A stretch of DNA of 64,000 nucleotides from Dehalococcoidia bacterium (GTDB taxonomy: Bacteria > Chloroflexota > Dehalococcoidia > UBA2979). The DNA lies in assembly GCA_020634075.1 (NCBI GenBank), contig JACKCJ010000001.1, positions 10,887-74,886 on the forward strand, read 5' to 3'. The notes beneath the pieces are model-generated. The model was not told where the DNA came from, did no database searches, and was given only the letters and a program-made list of their open reading frames with translations. Below are positions 1 through 8,990 of this stretch, piece by piece. Numbering within the stretch: position 1 is the first letter of the stretch; every line of letters begins with the position of its first letter. Position numbers and translations under genes: made by a program.

Positions 1-1119
1 GGCTCCGAGGATCAGCGGGCCGAGCCATCCAAACCCGATCGCCACGTTCCACGCACCGAGCGCCCGCCCCCGGAGCGCGTCGTCGACGCCCGCCTGCAGG
101 AGGATCCACTGCAGCGCGTCGAACATCGCGGCGCAGCAGCCGATGCCGGCCGCGAGGAACAACGAGACGACGAACCACTGGGACAACCCGATCGTGAGCA
201 TCGCCGCGCCGAAGGCCGCGATCACGACGAGGAAGACCACGCCCAGCCGTCCTCGATCGGAGAGCGAGGCGAGAAGCAGCGTCCCGATGACGCCACCCAC
301 GGAGGCAGCGCCCGTGAGCGCGCCGAGGCCGCCCGCGTCCATCTCGAGGATGCGGTCCACGAGCGCCGGGAAGAGGGCCATGAACGCGAACCCGAACACC
401 TCGATGATGACCGTCAGCGCCAGGAGCAGCGCGACGAGCGGGACGCGCGTGACGAGCTTCAGGCCGGAAAGCGTGTCGGCGAGGAAGGCGCTCGCCCGCG
501 CGGTCCGTCGCACCGCGGGCTCGCTGATCGAGCGGTAGGAGAGCGACGCTCCCAGCATCGCCGTGGCGGCGAGGAGGAACGAGGGCGTCGCGCCGAACTC
601 GCTGATGAGCGCGCCGGCGCCGAGCGCGCCGACCGCCGACACGGCGCGCTGGCCGGTTGAGACGACCGAGATCGCCCTCGCGCGACGCGCCGAGCCGACC
701 AGGTCGCCGGAGAGCGTGTGGAGCGAGGAGATGTTCAGCGACAACCCGACGCCCGAGAGCAGCACGAGCCCGAGGATCAGCGGCAGGGACGCCTCGGGGT
801 TGCGGGCGAACACGGCGATGCACAGGACGGCCGTCATCTTGAGCGCCGCGGCACTCGCGAGGATGCGGGGACGCGGGACACTGTCCGAGAGCGCCCCGGC
901 AATCGGCCCGACGATCAGGCCCGGCGCAATGAAGGCGGCGCTCGCCATCGCCGTGATGAACGCCGAGTCCGTCTTGTCGAAGACGTACCAGCCGATGGCG
1001 ACGCGCTCGGTCCAGGCGCCGAAGGCGAACATCACCGCGCCGAACCACAGCGGACGGTACCCCGGCAGCGCGAAGAGCTCCCGGATGCGCCCGAGCGGAG
1101 AAGCGACCTGCCCGAGCAC
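1..1119 (-). CDS. MFS transporter, partial (C-terminus lies beyond window start)
   Basis: Absent from the ORF track because it is open to the window edge. Reverse translation from GTG (comp. 1117-1119) reads VLGQVASPLGRIRELFALPGYRPLWFGAVMFAFGAWTERVAIGWYVFDKTDSAF and ends ...LGAWNVAIGFGWLGPLILGA. It is colinear with the adjacent 408-aa MFS paralog. Confidence 0.7.
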   Translation of the reverse strand, partial: MLGQVASPLGRIRELFALPGYRPLWFGAVMFAFGAWTERVAIGWYVFDKTDSAFITAMASAAFIAPGLIVGPIAGALSDSVPRPRILASAAALKMTAVLCIAVFARNPEASLPLILGLVLLSGVGLSLNISSLHTLSGDLVGSARRARAISVVSTGQRAVSAVGALGAGALISEFGATPSFLLAATAMLGASLSYRSISEPAVRRTARASAFLADTLSGLKLVTRVPLVALLLALTVIIEVFGFAFMALFPALVDRILEMDAGGLGALTGAASVGGVIGTLLLASLSDRGRLGVVFLVVIAAFGAAMLTIGLSQWFVVSLFLAAGIGCCAAMFDALQWILLQAGVDDALRGRALGAWNVAIGFGWLGPLILGA

Positions 1120-1199
1120 CGCGTGCCCTTTCCGTCCGATTGCCGCGCGACTTCAGCGTCCGTCGAGTCTAGGGCCTTGGATGGATCCGCTCCGACACC

Positions 1200-2426
1200 T
1201 CAGGCCGCCCTCAGCCGGCGGGATACCAGCAGACTGAGGAGCGCGGTCGCCATCACGATCGAGCCCGCGGTGGCGAAGGCGACGGTCACCGAGGCCGCGT
1301 CCGCGAAGGCGCCCATCGTCAGCGGGCCGACGATCCAGCCGATGCCGATCGTGAGGTTCCACGCGCCCAGCGCCCGCCCCCGCAGCCGCTCGTCGACGCT
1401 GCCCTGGAGCATGATCCACTGCAGCGCGTCCACAAGCGCGGCACATGCGCCGATGCCGCCGGCGGCGAGGAGCGAGACCACGTACCAGGGCGCCGCCCCG
1501 ACCAGCATCACCATCGCGCCGAACCAGAAGTAGACGACGAGGAAGGCGACGCCGAGGCGGAGCCGTGACGAGTAGGCAGCGAGGAACGCGAGCGCGAATA
1601 CGCCGCCAATCGGGGTGGCAGCGTTCAGGCCGCCGAGGCCCTCAACACCGACGTGGAGCACGCGGTCGGCGATCGCGGGAGTGAGGGCAAAGAACGCGTA
1701 CCCGAACACCTCGATCACGAGCATCAGGCCGAGCAGCAGAGCGACGAGCGGGACGCGCCCCACGAGCCGCAGCCCCTCGACGGTGTCCTTCAGCAGCGAC
1801 ACGTCCGCAACCCGGTGCCGCTCGCGCGGCTCGCGAATGCGCTGGTACGCCAGCGCGCCGAGCCCGGTGCAGGTCGCAGCGATCGCGAGCGCGAACGTCG
1901 GGCCGAGGGCCGTGACCATGAAGCCGCTGCCCAGCGCTCCGGCGGCCGAGACGGCACGCTGCCCGATGGAGACGAGACTGATCGCGCCGGCTCGGCGCTC
2001 GTGGCCGACGAGGTCGGCGGACAGCGTCTGGAGGGACGAGAAGTGCAGTGTCTGGGCGATGCCGCCACCGGCGAGGAGGGCGAACACGGCGAGCATCGAG
2101 CCGGACGCGACAGCCGTGAGCACGGCAAGCCCAAGGATGGTCAGCGCCCTCCCGCCGATCGCGAGGGAGAGCACGCGGGGGCGGGAGGCTCGGTCGGCGA
2201 TCGCGCCGCCCAGAGGGCCGAAGAAGAAGCCCGCGCCCATCTGCGCGGAGACCGCTGCCGAGGTCAGGAAGGCGGAGTCGGTCTCGTCGAAGATGTACCA
2301 GCCGATGGCGACGCGTTCGATCCACATCGCCGTCGCGGTGAGGACCGCGCCGAGCCAGAGGGCGGGGTATCCGGAGGCGGCGAAGGGCTCGGCGATCCGC
2401 CGAACAGGTGCGACGCTGAGCTGCAC
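1200..2426 (-). CDS. MFS transporter
   Basis: 408-aa ORF that is hydrophobic throughout, with the MFS loop motif GPLGGAIADRASRPRVL. High GC3. GTG start. Confidence 0.85.
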   Translation of the reverse strand: MQLSVAPVRRIAEPFAASGYPALWLGAVLTATAMWIERVAIGWYIFDETDSAFLTSAAVSAQMGAGFFFGPLGGAIADRASRPRVLSLAIGGRALTILGLAVLTAVASGSMLAVFALLAGGGIAQTLHFSSLQTLSADLVGHERRAGAISLVSIGQRAVSAAGALGSGFMVTALGPTFALAIAATCTGLGALAYQRIREPRERHRVADVSLLKDTVEGLRLVGRVPLVALLLGLMLVIEVFGYAFFALTPAIADRVLHVGVEGLGGLNAATPIGGVFALAFLAAYSSRLRLGVAFLVVYFWFGAMVMLVGAAPWYVVSLLAAGGIGACAALVDALQWIMLQGSVDERLRGRALGAWNLTIGIGWIVGPLTMGAFADAASVTVAFATAGSIVMATALLSLLVSRRLRAA

Positions 2427-2486
2427 CGTCCCTCGCGTTCCACTGGGCGGATCGTGATCCGACCAGTGGAGGCTAGGGTGGGTTCG

Positions 2487-2750
2487 TTACGCGGACGTGA
2501 CTTCCATCACTCCGACCTCGAAGTCCTCGATGACCGGGTTGGCCAGCAACTGGCGGCACATCTCACGGACCTGGGTCTCGGCGGCCGCTGCGGACTCCGC
2601 GTCGACCGTGATGTCGATCCGCTTGCCGACGCGGACGGCGGTGACGCCCTCGAAGCCCAGGCTGTGGAGCCCGTCCTTCACGGCGAGGCCCTGCGGGTCG
2701 TTGATGACCGGGCGGAGCATCACGTTGACGTGGGCGATGAAGGTGGCCAC
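2487..2750 (-). CDS. purS: phosphoribosylformylglycinamidine synthase subunit PurS
   Basis: The last 87 aa of ORF 2487..3104 (VATFIAHVNVMLRPVINDPQGLAVKDGLHSLGFEGV...ANPVIEDFEV) are PurS-like. GTG at comp. 2748-2750. The upstream part of that ORF overlaps purC out of frame. Confidence 0.85.
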   Translation of the reverse strand: MATFIAHVNVMLRPVINDPQGLAVKDGLHSLGFEGVTAVRVGKRIDITVDAESAAAAETQVREMCRQLLANPVIEDFEVGVMEVTSA

Positions 2751-2791
2751 GGGGCTTCCTCTCGGACGGGGAGTCGTCGAAGCGGTCTGGT

Positions 2792-3703
2792 TCAGGCAGC
2801 CGGCGGAGGGAGTTCCTCGCCGGTGATGAGACGGTACGCCTCCTGGTAACGCGCGCTCGTCTCGTCCACGATCTGCTGCGGCAGCATCGGGGCCGGGGCA
2901 GTCTTGTCCCACGGCAGCGACTCCAGGTAGTCGCGCAGCGGCTGCTTGTCGAAGGACGGCTGGTCGCGTCCCGGCTCGTACTGGTCGGCCGGCCAGAAGC
3001 GCGAGGAGTCCGGGGTGAGCACCTCGTCCACGAGGCACGGCTCGCCGTCGATCAGACCGAACTCGAACTTCGTGTCCGCGACGATGATCCCACGCTGCCG
3101 GCACTGCTGCGCCCCGAAGCCGTAGAGGGCCATCGAGCGCACCTTGATCGCGTTCGCGTACTCAACGCCGACGAGCTCCTCGACCTGCGCGTACGAGATC
3201 GGCTCGTCGTGCGCCGGCGGCTCGGCCTTCGACGACGGCGTGAAGACCGGCTCGTCGAGCCGGGACGCCATCTGCAGCCCGATCGGCAGCGGCACACCGG
3301 AGACGGCCATCGTGCGCTGGTAGTCCTTCCAGCCGGAACCGGCGAGGTACCCGCGGACGACGCACTCGACCTTCAGGATCTCGGCGCGCTTCATGACCAT
3401 TGAGCGTCCGAAGTACCGCCGGTCGGTGATGCCGTACTCCTCGGCGTTGGTCTCGTCGAGGACGGCGATGAAGCCGTTGGGCACGACGTCGCCGGTCTTC
3501 TCGTACCAGAACTTGGAGATGCGGGTGAGCACCTCGCCCTTGCGGGGGATGCCCTCGCCCATCACCACGTCGAAGGCGGAGACGCGGTCCGAGGCGACGA
3601 GCAGCAGCCGGTCGCCGGGGAGCTCGTAGACGTCGCGCACCTTGCCCTGGTGCAGCTTCGGAAGGTCGAGGTCAGTCGTGAGGATCGGTGCCGGGTGAGC
3701 CAC
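2792..3703 (-). CDS. purC: phosphoribosylaminoimidazole-succinocarboxamide (SAICAR) synthase
   Basis: 303-aa ORF with GKVRDVYE, LLVASDRVSAFD and IIVADTKFEFG motifs. Confidence 0.95.
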   Translation of the reverse strand: MAHPAPILTTDLDLPKLHQGKVRDVYELPGDRLLLVASDRVSAFDVVMGEGIPRKGEVLTRISKFWYEKTGDVVPNGFIAVLDETNAEEYGITDRRYFGRSMVMKRAEILKVECVVRGYLAGSGWKDYQRTMAVSGVPLPIGLQMASRLDEPVFTPSSKAEPPAHDEPISYAQVEELVGVEYANAIKVRSMALYGFGAQQCRQRGIIVADTKFEFGLIDGEPCLVDEVLTPDSSRFWPADQYEPGRDQPSFDKQPLRDYLESLPWDKTAPAPMLPQQIVDETSARYQEAYRLITGEELPPPAA

Positions 3704-3718
3704 TGGCGGTCCGTCGAT

Positions 3719-5017
3719 TCAGATGAGGCCGAGGCGCCGGAACGTCTCGTCGGTGTGGGTGAGGAAGGCGCGTGGATCGAAGATCTCGTCCAGCTTCGCC
3801 TTCGGCAGTCGGGATGAGGCCTCGGGGTCCTGTTCGAGGAGGCCGCGATACGGCACCTCCTCGCGCCAGGCGCGCATCGAGTTCTTCTTCACGATGGCGT
3901 AGGCCGCCTCGCGCTGCATCCCGCTCTCGATGAGGGCGTTCAGCACCTTCGAGGAGTAGATCAGGCCCTGCGTCCGCTCGAGGTTGCGGAGCATCCGCTC
4001 CGGGTAGACCACGAGGCCGTCCATGACGCCGGTGAAGATGTGCAGGGCGTAGTTCAGCAGCCCGGTCGCGTCGGGCAGGATGATCCGCTCGGCCGAGGAG
4101 TGCGAGATGTCTCGCTCGTGCCAGAGCGCGACGTTCTCGAGGCCGGTCGTGCCGTAGCCGCGGAGCGTGCGGGCGATGCCACACACGCGCTCGCAGAGCT
4201 CGGGGTTCCGCTTGTGCGGCATCGAGGACGAGCCGGTCTGGCCGCCCTCGTCGAACGGCTCCTCCGCCTCGAGGATGTCGGTGCGCTGCAGGCCGCGGAT
4301 CTCGGTGGCGAACTTCTCCAGCGACGCGCCGATGCCGGCGATCACGCTGAGATAGAACGCGTGGCGGTCGCGCTGGATGACCTGCGTCGTGATCTTCGCG
4401 ACCTCGAGGCCCAGGCGCTTGCAGGCGTTCTCCTCGACCGAGGGGGGCACCGAGGCGTGCGTGCCGACCGGGCCGGACATCTGGCCGACGGCGACCTGCT
4501 GCCGCGCGAGCGCGATCCGCTCTTCGTGGCGCCGAAGCTCCTCGACCCACACGGCGATCTTCATGCCGAACGTCGTGGGCTCCGCGTGGACGCCGTGCGT
4601 ACGGCCGATGCAGATCGTGTCCTTGTGTTCGACGGCGCGACGCGCGATCACCTCGCGGAGCTGCTTCACCTGCGCGTCGAGGAGATCGAGCGCCTCGACC
4701 ATCTGGAGGCACGTGGCGGTGTCCCAGACGTCGTTGCTCGTGAGGCCGTAGTGAATCCAGCGCGACTCAGGGCCGAGGGAGTCCGCGACGGACCGCAGGA
4801 AGGCGGTGACGTCGTGGTGGGTCTCCTCGATGTACCGCATGACGTCCGGGACGTTCACGCGCGCGTTCTGCTCGACGAGGCGCACGTCCTCGGCCGGGAC
4901 GACGCCCTCGTCGCCCCACGCCTGCACGACCGCGATCTCGACCTTCAGCCACAGCTCGAACTTGCGCTCGTCGGACCAGACGGCAGTCATCTCGGGGCGG
5001 GCGTAGCGAGGAATCAT
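3719..5017 (-). CDS. purB: adenylosuccinate lyase
   Basis: 432-aa ORF with the fumarate-lyase signature GSSSMPHKRNP. N-terminus MIPRYARPEM.. is typical of PurB. Confidence 0.95.
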   Translation of the reverse strand: MIPRYARPEMTAVWSDERKFELWLKVEIAVVQAWGDEGVVPAEDVRLVEQNARVNVPDVMRYIEETHHDVTAFLRSVADSLGPESRWIHYGLTSNDVWDTATCLQMVEALDLLDAQVKQLREVIARRAVEHKDTICIGRTHGVHAEPTTFGMKIAVWVEELRRHEERIALARQQVAVGQMSGPVGTHASVPPSVEENACKRLGLEVAKITTQVIQRDRHAFYLSVIAGIGASLEKFATEIRGLQRTDILEAEEPFDEGGQTGSSSMPHKRNPELCERVCGIARTLRGYGTTGLENVALWHERDISHSSAERIILPDATGLLNYALHIFTGVMDGLVVYPERMLRNLERTQGLIYSSKVLNALIESGMQREAAYAIVKKNSMRAWREEVPYRGLLEQDPEASSRLPKAKLDEIFDPRAFLTHTDETFRRLGLI

Positions 5018-5250
5018 GCGGGCCTCGGACTAGGTCGTTGGTCGGCTCGTTCGTGAGGGCATCGGACGAGGTGGGGATACCTCGAACCCCTCTAGATCGC
5101 GAAGCGCCGCACGGAGGCGGCGCAGGCGATGCCGAGTGGCAGGTGTGTTCACGAATGAAGTCTACGGATCGAGGTCGGGTGGGGCAACGGGAAAGTTCGG
5201 ATGTGTGGATTAGGCACAGGCGTTAGCAGTTCGAGTGAGCCCGTTCGCAG

Positions 5251-6558
5251 TCAGTCCGCCGCATCAGCCTCGACCTGCGCACGGTCCTGCCGGCTCGGGC
5301 GCGGGAGCGTGATCAGCGTCACGGTCGCGACGCCGAGGAGCACCATCGCGACGATCCACGCGGGGAGGAACGAGCCCAGGTAGTCCTGCGACATCCCCGT
5401 CGCGGGCGCGCCGAGCGAGGCGACGGAGATCCCGAGGATCATCGAGATACCCCGGATCTGACCGATGTGCAGCGGCCCGAAGTAGCGCGGCCAGATCGTC
5501 TGCTGGCTGAGGTTGAACGAGACGGCGCCGATTCCGTACATGATCGTCGCGACGAACACATGCCAGGGTTCGCTCACCATGATGGTGACGCCGAACGTGC
5601 CGATCATGAACGCCGTCGCGAAGGCGGAGACCCACTTCGGCTCGACGCGATCCACGAGCCAGCCGGTGGGGATCGTGATCACGGATCCAACCGCCGCCTC
5701 GGCTGAGAGGGCGAGCGCCACGATCCCGGGGTCGATGCCCTGGTCCACGTAGAAGGGGATTCGGAAGAGGCCGAGCGTTGTCACTGCGACCTGCCTCAGG
5801 CCGTCGACGGCGGCGAGCCGCCAGAACGTCGGCGTTCGCATCGCTTCGGGGCGAGTGAACGAGTACTCGACCGCGTCGTCCGCGGTCTCGCCTCGCGCAC
5901 GAGCATCGGCGGCCGCGGCGGCGGCGATCTCGTCGGGAGTGAAGCCATCCGGGAGCGCGCCGACGTCCTCCGGTGACCGCCGCACGATGACGAGCGCCAC
6001 GAGCCCGATCACCGCCGGCCCGAGGATGGCGAGCGTGAGCCAGGCCTGCCGCCAGCCGTAGGTGTCGATCAGCCACTGGGTCGTCGGCGCGAAGATGAAG
6101 ATGCCGATGGGTGTACCGAGGAAGGCGACGGACAGCGCGCGCCCTCGCCGGAACCGGAACCAGCGCGAGATCGTGACGCTGTTGTAGAGGTTGCCGCCCT
6201 GGCCCTGGAGGCCGGTGAGGCCGGCGAAGGCGAACAGCACCACGATCTGCCAGCCGTGGTGCACCTGCGACAGGCCTACCAGCACACCGCCCATGATCAG
6301 GCCGGCGGCGAGCATGGGAAGCCTCGCGCCGCGGGCGTCGATGATGCGGCCGATGAAGTACGAGGAGCCGGCGAAGCCGATCAGGCGTGCGGTCTGTGCC
6401 CAGCCAAACCACGTCTGGCCGATGCCCAGCTCCTCGGTCATCGGCTTGATGAACTGACCGGAGTTCACGCCGCCCATGGCGGTGATGACCGAGCCCGAGG
6501 CCAGGAGCCCGGCGACGATCACCCACCCGTAGAAGAACCGACGTCCGCCGATGCGCAT
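5251..6558 (-). CDS. MFS transporter (oxalate/formate-antiporter-like)
   Basis: 435-aa ORF with N-terminus RRFFYGWVIVAGLL and 12 hydrophobic segments. The overlapping 420-aa ORF in another frame is Arg-rich shadow. Confidence 0.85.
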   Translation of the reverse strand: MRIGGRRFFYGWVIVAGLLASGSVITAMGGVNSGQFIKPMTEELGIGQTWFGWAQTARLIGFAGSSYFIGRIIDARGARLPMLAAGLIMGGVLVGLSQVHHGWQIVVLFAFAGLTGLQGQGGNLYNSVTISRWFRFRRGRALSVAFLGTPIGIFIFAPTTQWLIDTYGWRQAWLTLAILGPAVIGLVALVIVRRSPEDVGALPDGFTPDEIAAAAAADARARGETADDAVEYSFTRPEAMRTPTFWRLAAVDGLRQVAVTTLGLFRIPFYVDQGIDPGIVALALSAEAAVGSVITIPTGWLVDRVEPKWVSAFATAFMIGTFGVTIMVSEPWHVFVATIMYGIGAVSFNLSQQTIWPRYFGPLHIGQIRGISMILGISVASLGAPATGMSQDYLGSFLPAWIVAMVLLGVATVTLITLPRPSRQDRAQVEADAAD

Positions 6559-6617
6559 GCGCCCTCCGAAGAGGGCGCAGTGTCTCCGCCCGCAGCCGGA
6601 GCGGCTAGGGGGCAGGA

Positions 6618-6956
6618 CTAGTCGTTGGCGAACTCCTCGCGGACCGGCGCGAACACCTCGACCAGCAGCGAGTCCTCCAGCGCGACCGCCGAGTGCGGCA
6701 CGTCGCCCGGGATGAGGTAGGAGTCACCGGGCACGACCTCGGCCTCGCGGTCGCCGATGCGGAAGCGCACGCGGCCGGTGATCACGGTGCCGGCCTGCTC
6801 GTGCGGATGCGTGTGCTCCGGCACCTCGCCGCCCGCGGCCAGCTCGAAGCGCACGAGGGTGTGGCCGTCGCCCGAGACGAGCGTGCGCCGGATCACGCCG
6901 GGCACCATCTCGATGGGATTGGTCTCGCCGAACGGTCGGACTCGGATGTCAGCCAA
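6618..6956 (-). CDS. cupin domain protein
   Basis: 112 aa with two cupin motifs, GGEVPEHTHPHEQAGTV and PGDVPHSAVA. Confidence 0.8.
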   Translation of the reverse strand: MADIRVRPFGETNPIEMVPGVIRRTLVSGDGHTLVRFELAAGGEVPEHTHPHEQAGTVITGRVRFRIGDREAEVVPGDSYLIPGDVPHSAVALEDSLLVEVFAPVREEFAND

Positions 6957-7026
6957 CGTCGCCTCCTCGTGGCGTGCCGGATCGTTGCCGACCGATCAGT
7001 ACCACGAGGAGGCGACGGGCGCGGCG

Positions 7027-7716
7027 CTACTGGACCGTGACGGTCGACGACCACACGCTCGCCGGCGGCTCCGAGGTCGTCGGGCGCGCGTAGCTGAGCG
7101 TCACGGACGTGGTGCCGGGGCTCACAGCGAGGAAGTCGAACACCTGGTAGCCGGGAGCGCCGACGACGTCGGTGGTCGGCGCGACGTAGAACGGCTCGCC
7201 CAGCGGGACGAGGATCGCCGTGTTCGGCGAGTCGGTCACCGTCCACGTGTACCCCGTCGACGCATTCGACTCGAGGACCACTCGCACTCGGTCGCCGGCT
7301 GCCAGCGTCACGGTGCCGCCGCTGTCGGTCTCATCGAGACGGACGTCGGGCCGGGCGTCCGTGCAGCCGACGAGGAACGCGTCACCGGCCCGGAACTGCG
7401 TCGGGAAGGCCTGGTTCACGAACGCCGGGGACTCGGGGCGGTAGATCCGCCAGGCGCCACCCACGGTGACGGCGAGGTACTGCGGCTCACAGTCACGGAG
7501 GCGCAGGTCAAGCATCAGCTGATCGCGATCCCGGTCGCGGTCCATGACCATGATCCCGACACCACCACTGACCGGGGGCTCCGCGCGGAACGGACCGGGC
7601 CCGTAGCCCGCCCCGTTTCCCGGACCATTGCCGGGCGTCTGCGCACCGGCGGTCGCCAGCGCCGATGCGAGCACCAGGCCGCCAATCAGGCCCACGACGA
7701 ACCGAACCTTCCTCAT
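7027..7716 (-). CDS. secreted protein with C-terminal chagasin-like (I42) peptidase-inhibitor domain
   Basis: Signal peptide MRKVRFVVGLIGGLVLASALATAGA. The C-terminal half carries the ESNASTGYTWTV motif typical of the chagasin/Inhibitor_I42 family. Confidence 0.7.
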   Translation of the reverse strand: MRKVRFVVGLIGGLVLASALATAGAQTPGNGPGNGAGYGPGPFRAEPPVSGGVGIMVMDRDRDRDQLMLDLRLRDCEPQYLAVTVGGAWRIYRPESPAFVNQAFPTQFRAGDAFLVGCTDARPDVRLDETDSGGTVTLAAGDRVRVVLESNASTGYTWTVTDSPNTAILVPLGEPFYVAPTTDVVGAPGYQVFDFLAVSPGTTSVTLSYARPTTSEPPASVWSSTVTVQ

Positions 7717-7818
7717 GACAGGATCCCTTCTGACGCCGACCTATCCCTCAGGATGCACGTCGAGCGTCGCCGGCGACCCCGCCACAGGTCCGGGTCATGC
7801 TAGGACGAACGGACCGCC

Positions 7819-8235
7819 CTAGCGGTAGCCGCCGCCGAGTACCGGGTCGGGACCGATGATGTAGTGCGCGAACTCGCGCGCCACCTGGTTCGCCTCGTGG
7901 CGATCTCCGAACAGCGCCGCCTCGTCGCTGCCGTCGTCCACCGGGCGCACCTCGTGCGCGCCCTCGCGAGCGACGCGATCGAGTTCATCCCGCACCTCGT
8001 CGATGCGATGGGGGTCGACGTTCGTCGGCCGCAGGTTGCGGTGGAGGAACTCGCGGTTGCCGGTCAGGGCGTGGAGCACAGACTCGGCGAGCGGGCCGCG
8101 CCGGCCGCCCCAGGCCGCGATGAAGTGGAGACAGATCTCTGCCGGCGGTTGCTGGGGCGGGATCGGGATCGCGTCGTAGTCCGCGAGGTCGACGCGGCGG
8201 CGGCATTCGGGCATGGGACAACGGACAGTGGCCAT
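7819..8235 (-). CDS. hypothetical protein (138 aa)
   Basis: Only the C-terminal 138 codons of the 437-aa ORF are kept, starting at MATVRCPMPECRRRVDLADY.. The upstream part is antisense to the lipoprotein gene and is Arg/Gly-rich. Confidence 0.5.
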   Translation of the reverse strand: MATVRCPMPECRRRVDLADYDAIPIPPQQPPAEICLHFIAAWGGRRGPLAESVLHALTGNREFLHRNLRPTNVDPHRIDEVRDELDRVAREGAHEVRPVDDGSDEAALFGDRHEANQVAREFAHYIIGPDPVLGGGYR

Positions 8236-8316
8236 GCAGCGAGTGTAGGCGTGGCCTGCCGCAACGACCGCCTGCGGTAGGGTGGAATGGGGTCGCGCAA
8301 CGGGACGGACTGCGCG

Positions 8317-8976
8317 ATGAAGCATCCTCGAACGCTCTTGCTGGTCGGCGCGCTCGCGTTCGCGTTCCTCGCGGGGTGCGAGGACCAGGGCGACGGCGTC
8401 ACCATCGCCGGTCAGGACGGCAGCACCATCGACGTCGGTTCCGCCACGGCCACCGCGACGGTCACGGCCACCGCGAACGCCGGGACCGAGGGTGCGACGC
8501 CGGCAGGGGCGACGCCACCGGCCGGCGAGACCGCCACCCCGGAGCCAAGCGAAACCCCGACTCCCACCGCGACCCCGGCGAGCAGCAGTGGCGGCACGTC
8601 GGCCGGTGACGCCTCGGGCGTGCCGTACTCGACCTCGGACGTGCGGGCAGCGATGGAGGCCGCGGACGTCGGGTTCGAGGTGGACGACGAGCGCGAGCCG
8701 CTCTGCGCGGACACCTCCGTGCCTGAGACCGCGTTCGATGCAGGTGGATCGAGCTGGGCGCTCTGGGTGTACCCGGACAGCGCGGCCCGCGAGTCCGAGT
8801 GGGTACTGGAGGACGGACAGCTCGCCCCGCAGGTCGAGGACTGTGCCCCGCCGACCGGCTTCAACTACTTCAACGCCAACCTCGTGCTCGTGCTCACCGA
8901 GCCCGGCGGGGCTCAAAGCGAGGTCGTGCGCGACGCGTTCCTGTCGGTGGGTAGCGCGCCGGGCCAGTCCGAGTAG
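8317..8976 (+). CDS. lipoprotein
   Basis: MKHPRTLLLVGALAFAFLAGC has a lipobox (LAGC). A Thr/Ala/Pro-rich linker and an acidic globular domain follow. Confidence 0.65.
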   Translation: MKHPRTLLLVGALAFAFLAGCEDQGDGVTIAGQDGSTIDVGSATATATVTATANAGTEGATPAGATPPAGETATPEPSETPTPTATPASSSGGTSAGDASGVPYSTSDVRAAMEAADVGFEVDDEREPLCADTSVPETAFDAGGSSWALWVYPDSAARESEWVLEDGQLAPQVEDCAPPTGFNYFNANLVLVLTEPGGAQSEVVRDAFLSVGSAPGQSE

Positions 8977-8990
8977 CGGGCGCGGGTCGG

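Noticed and set aside
5018-5250. Purine or ZTP riboswitch upstream of purB
   Set aside because: Reading the minus strand, neither the purine-riboswitch core nor the ZTP (pfl) GGGUCGUGACUGGCG / CCGCCUGGGC elements are present.
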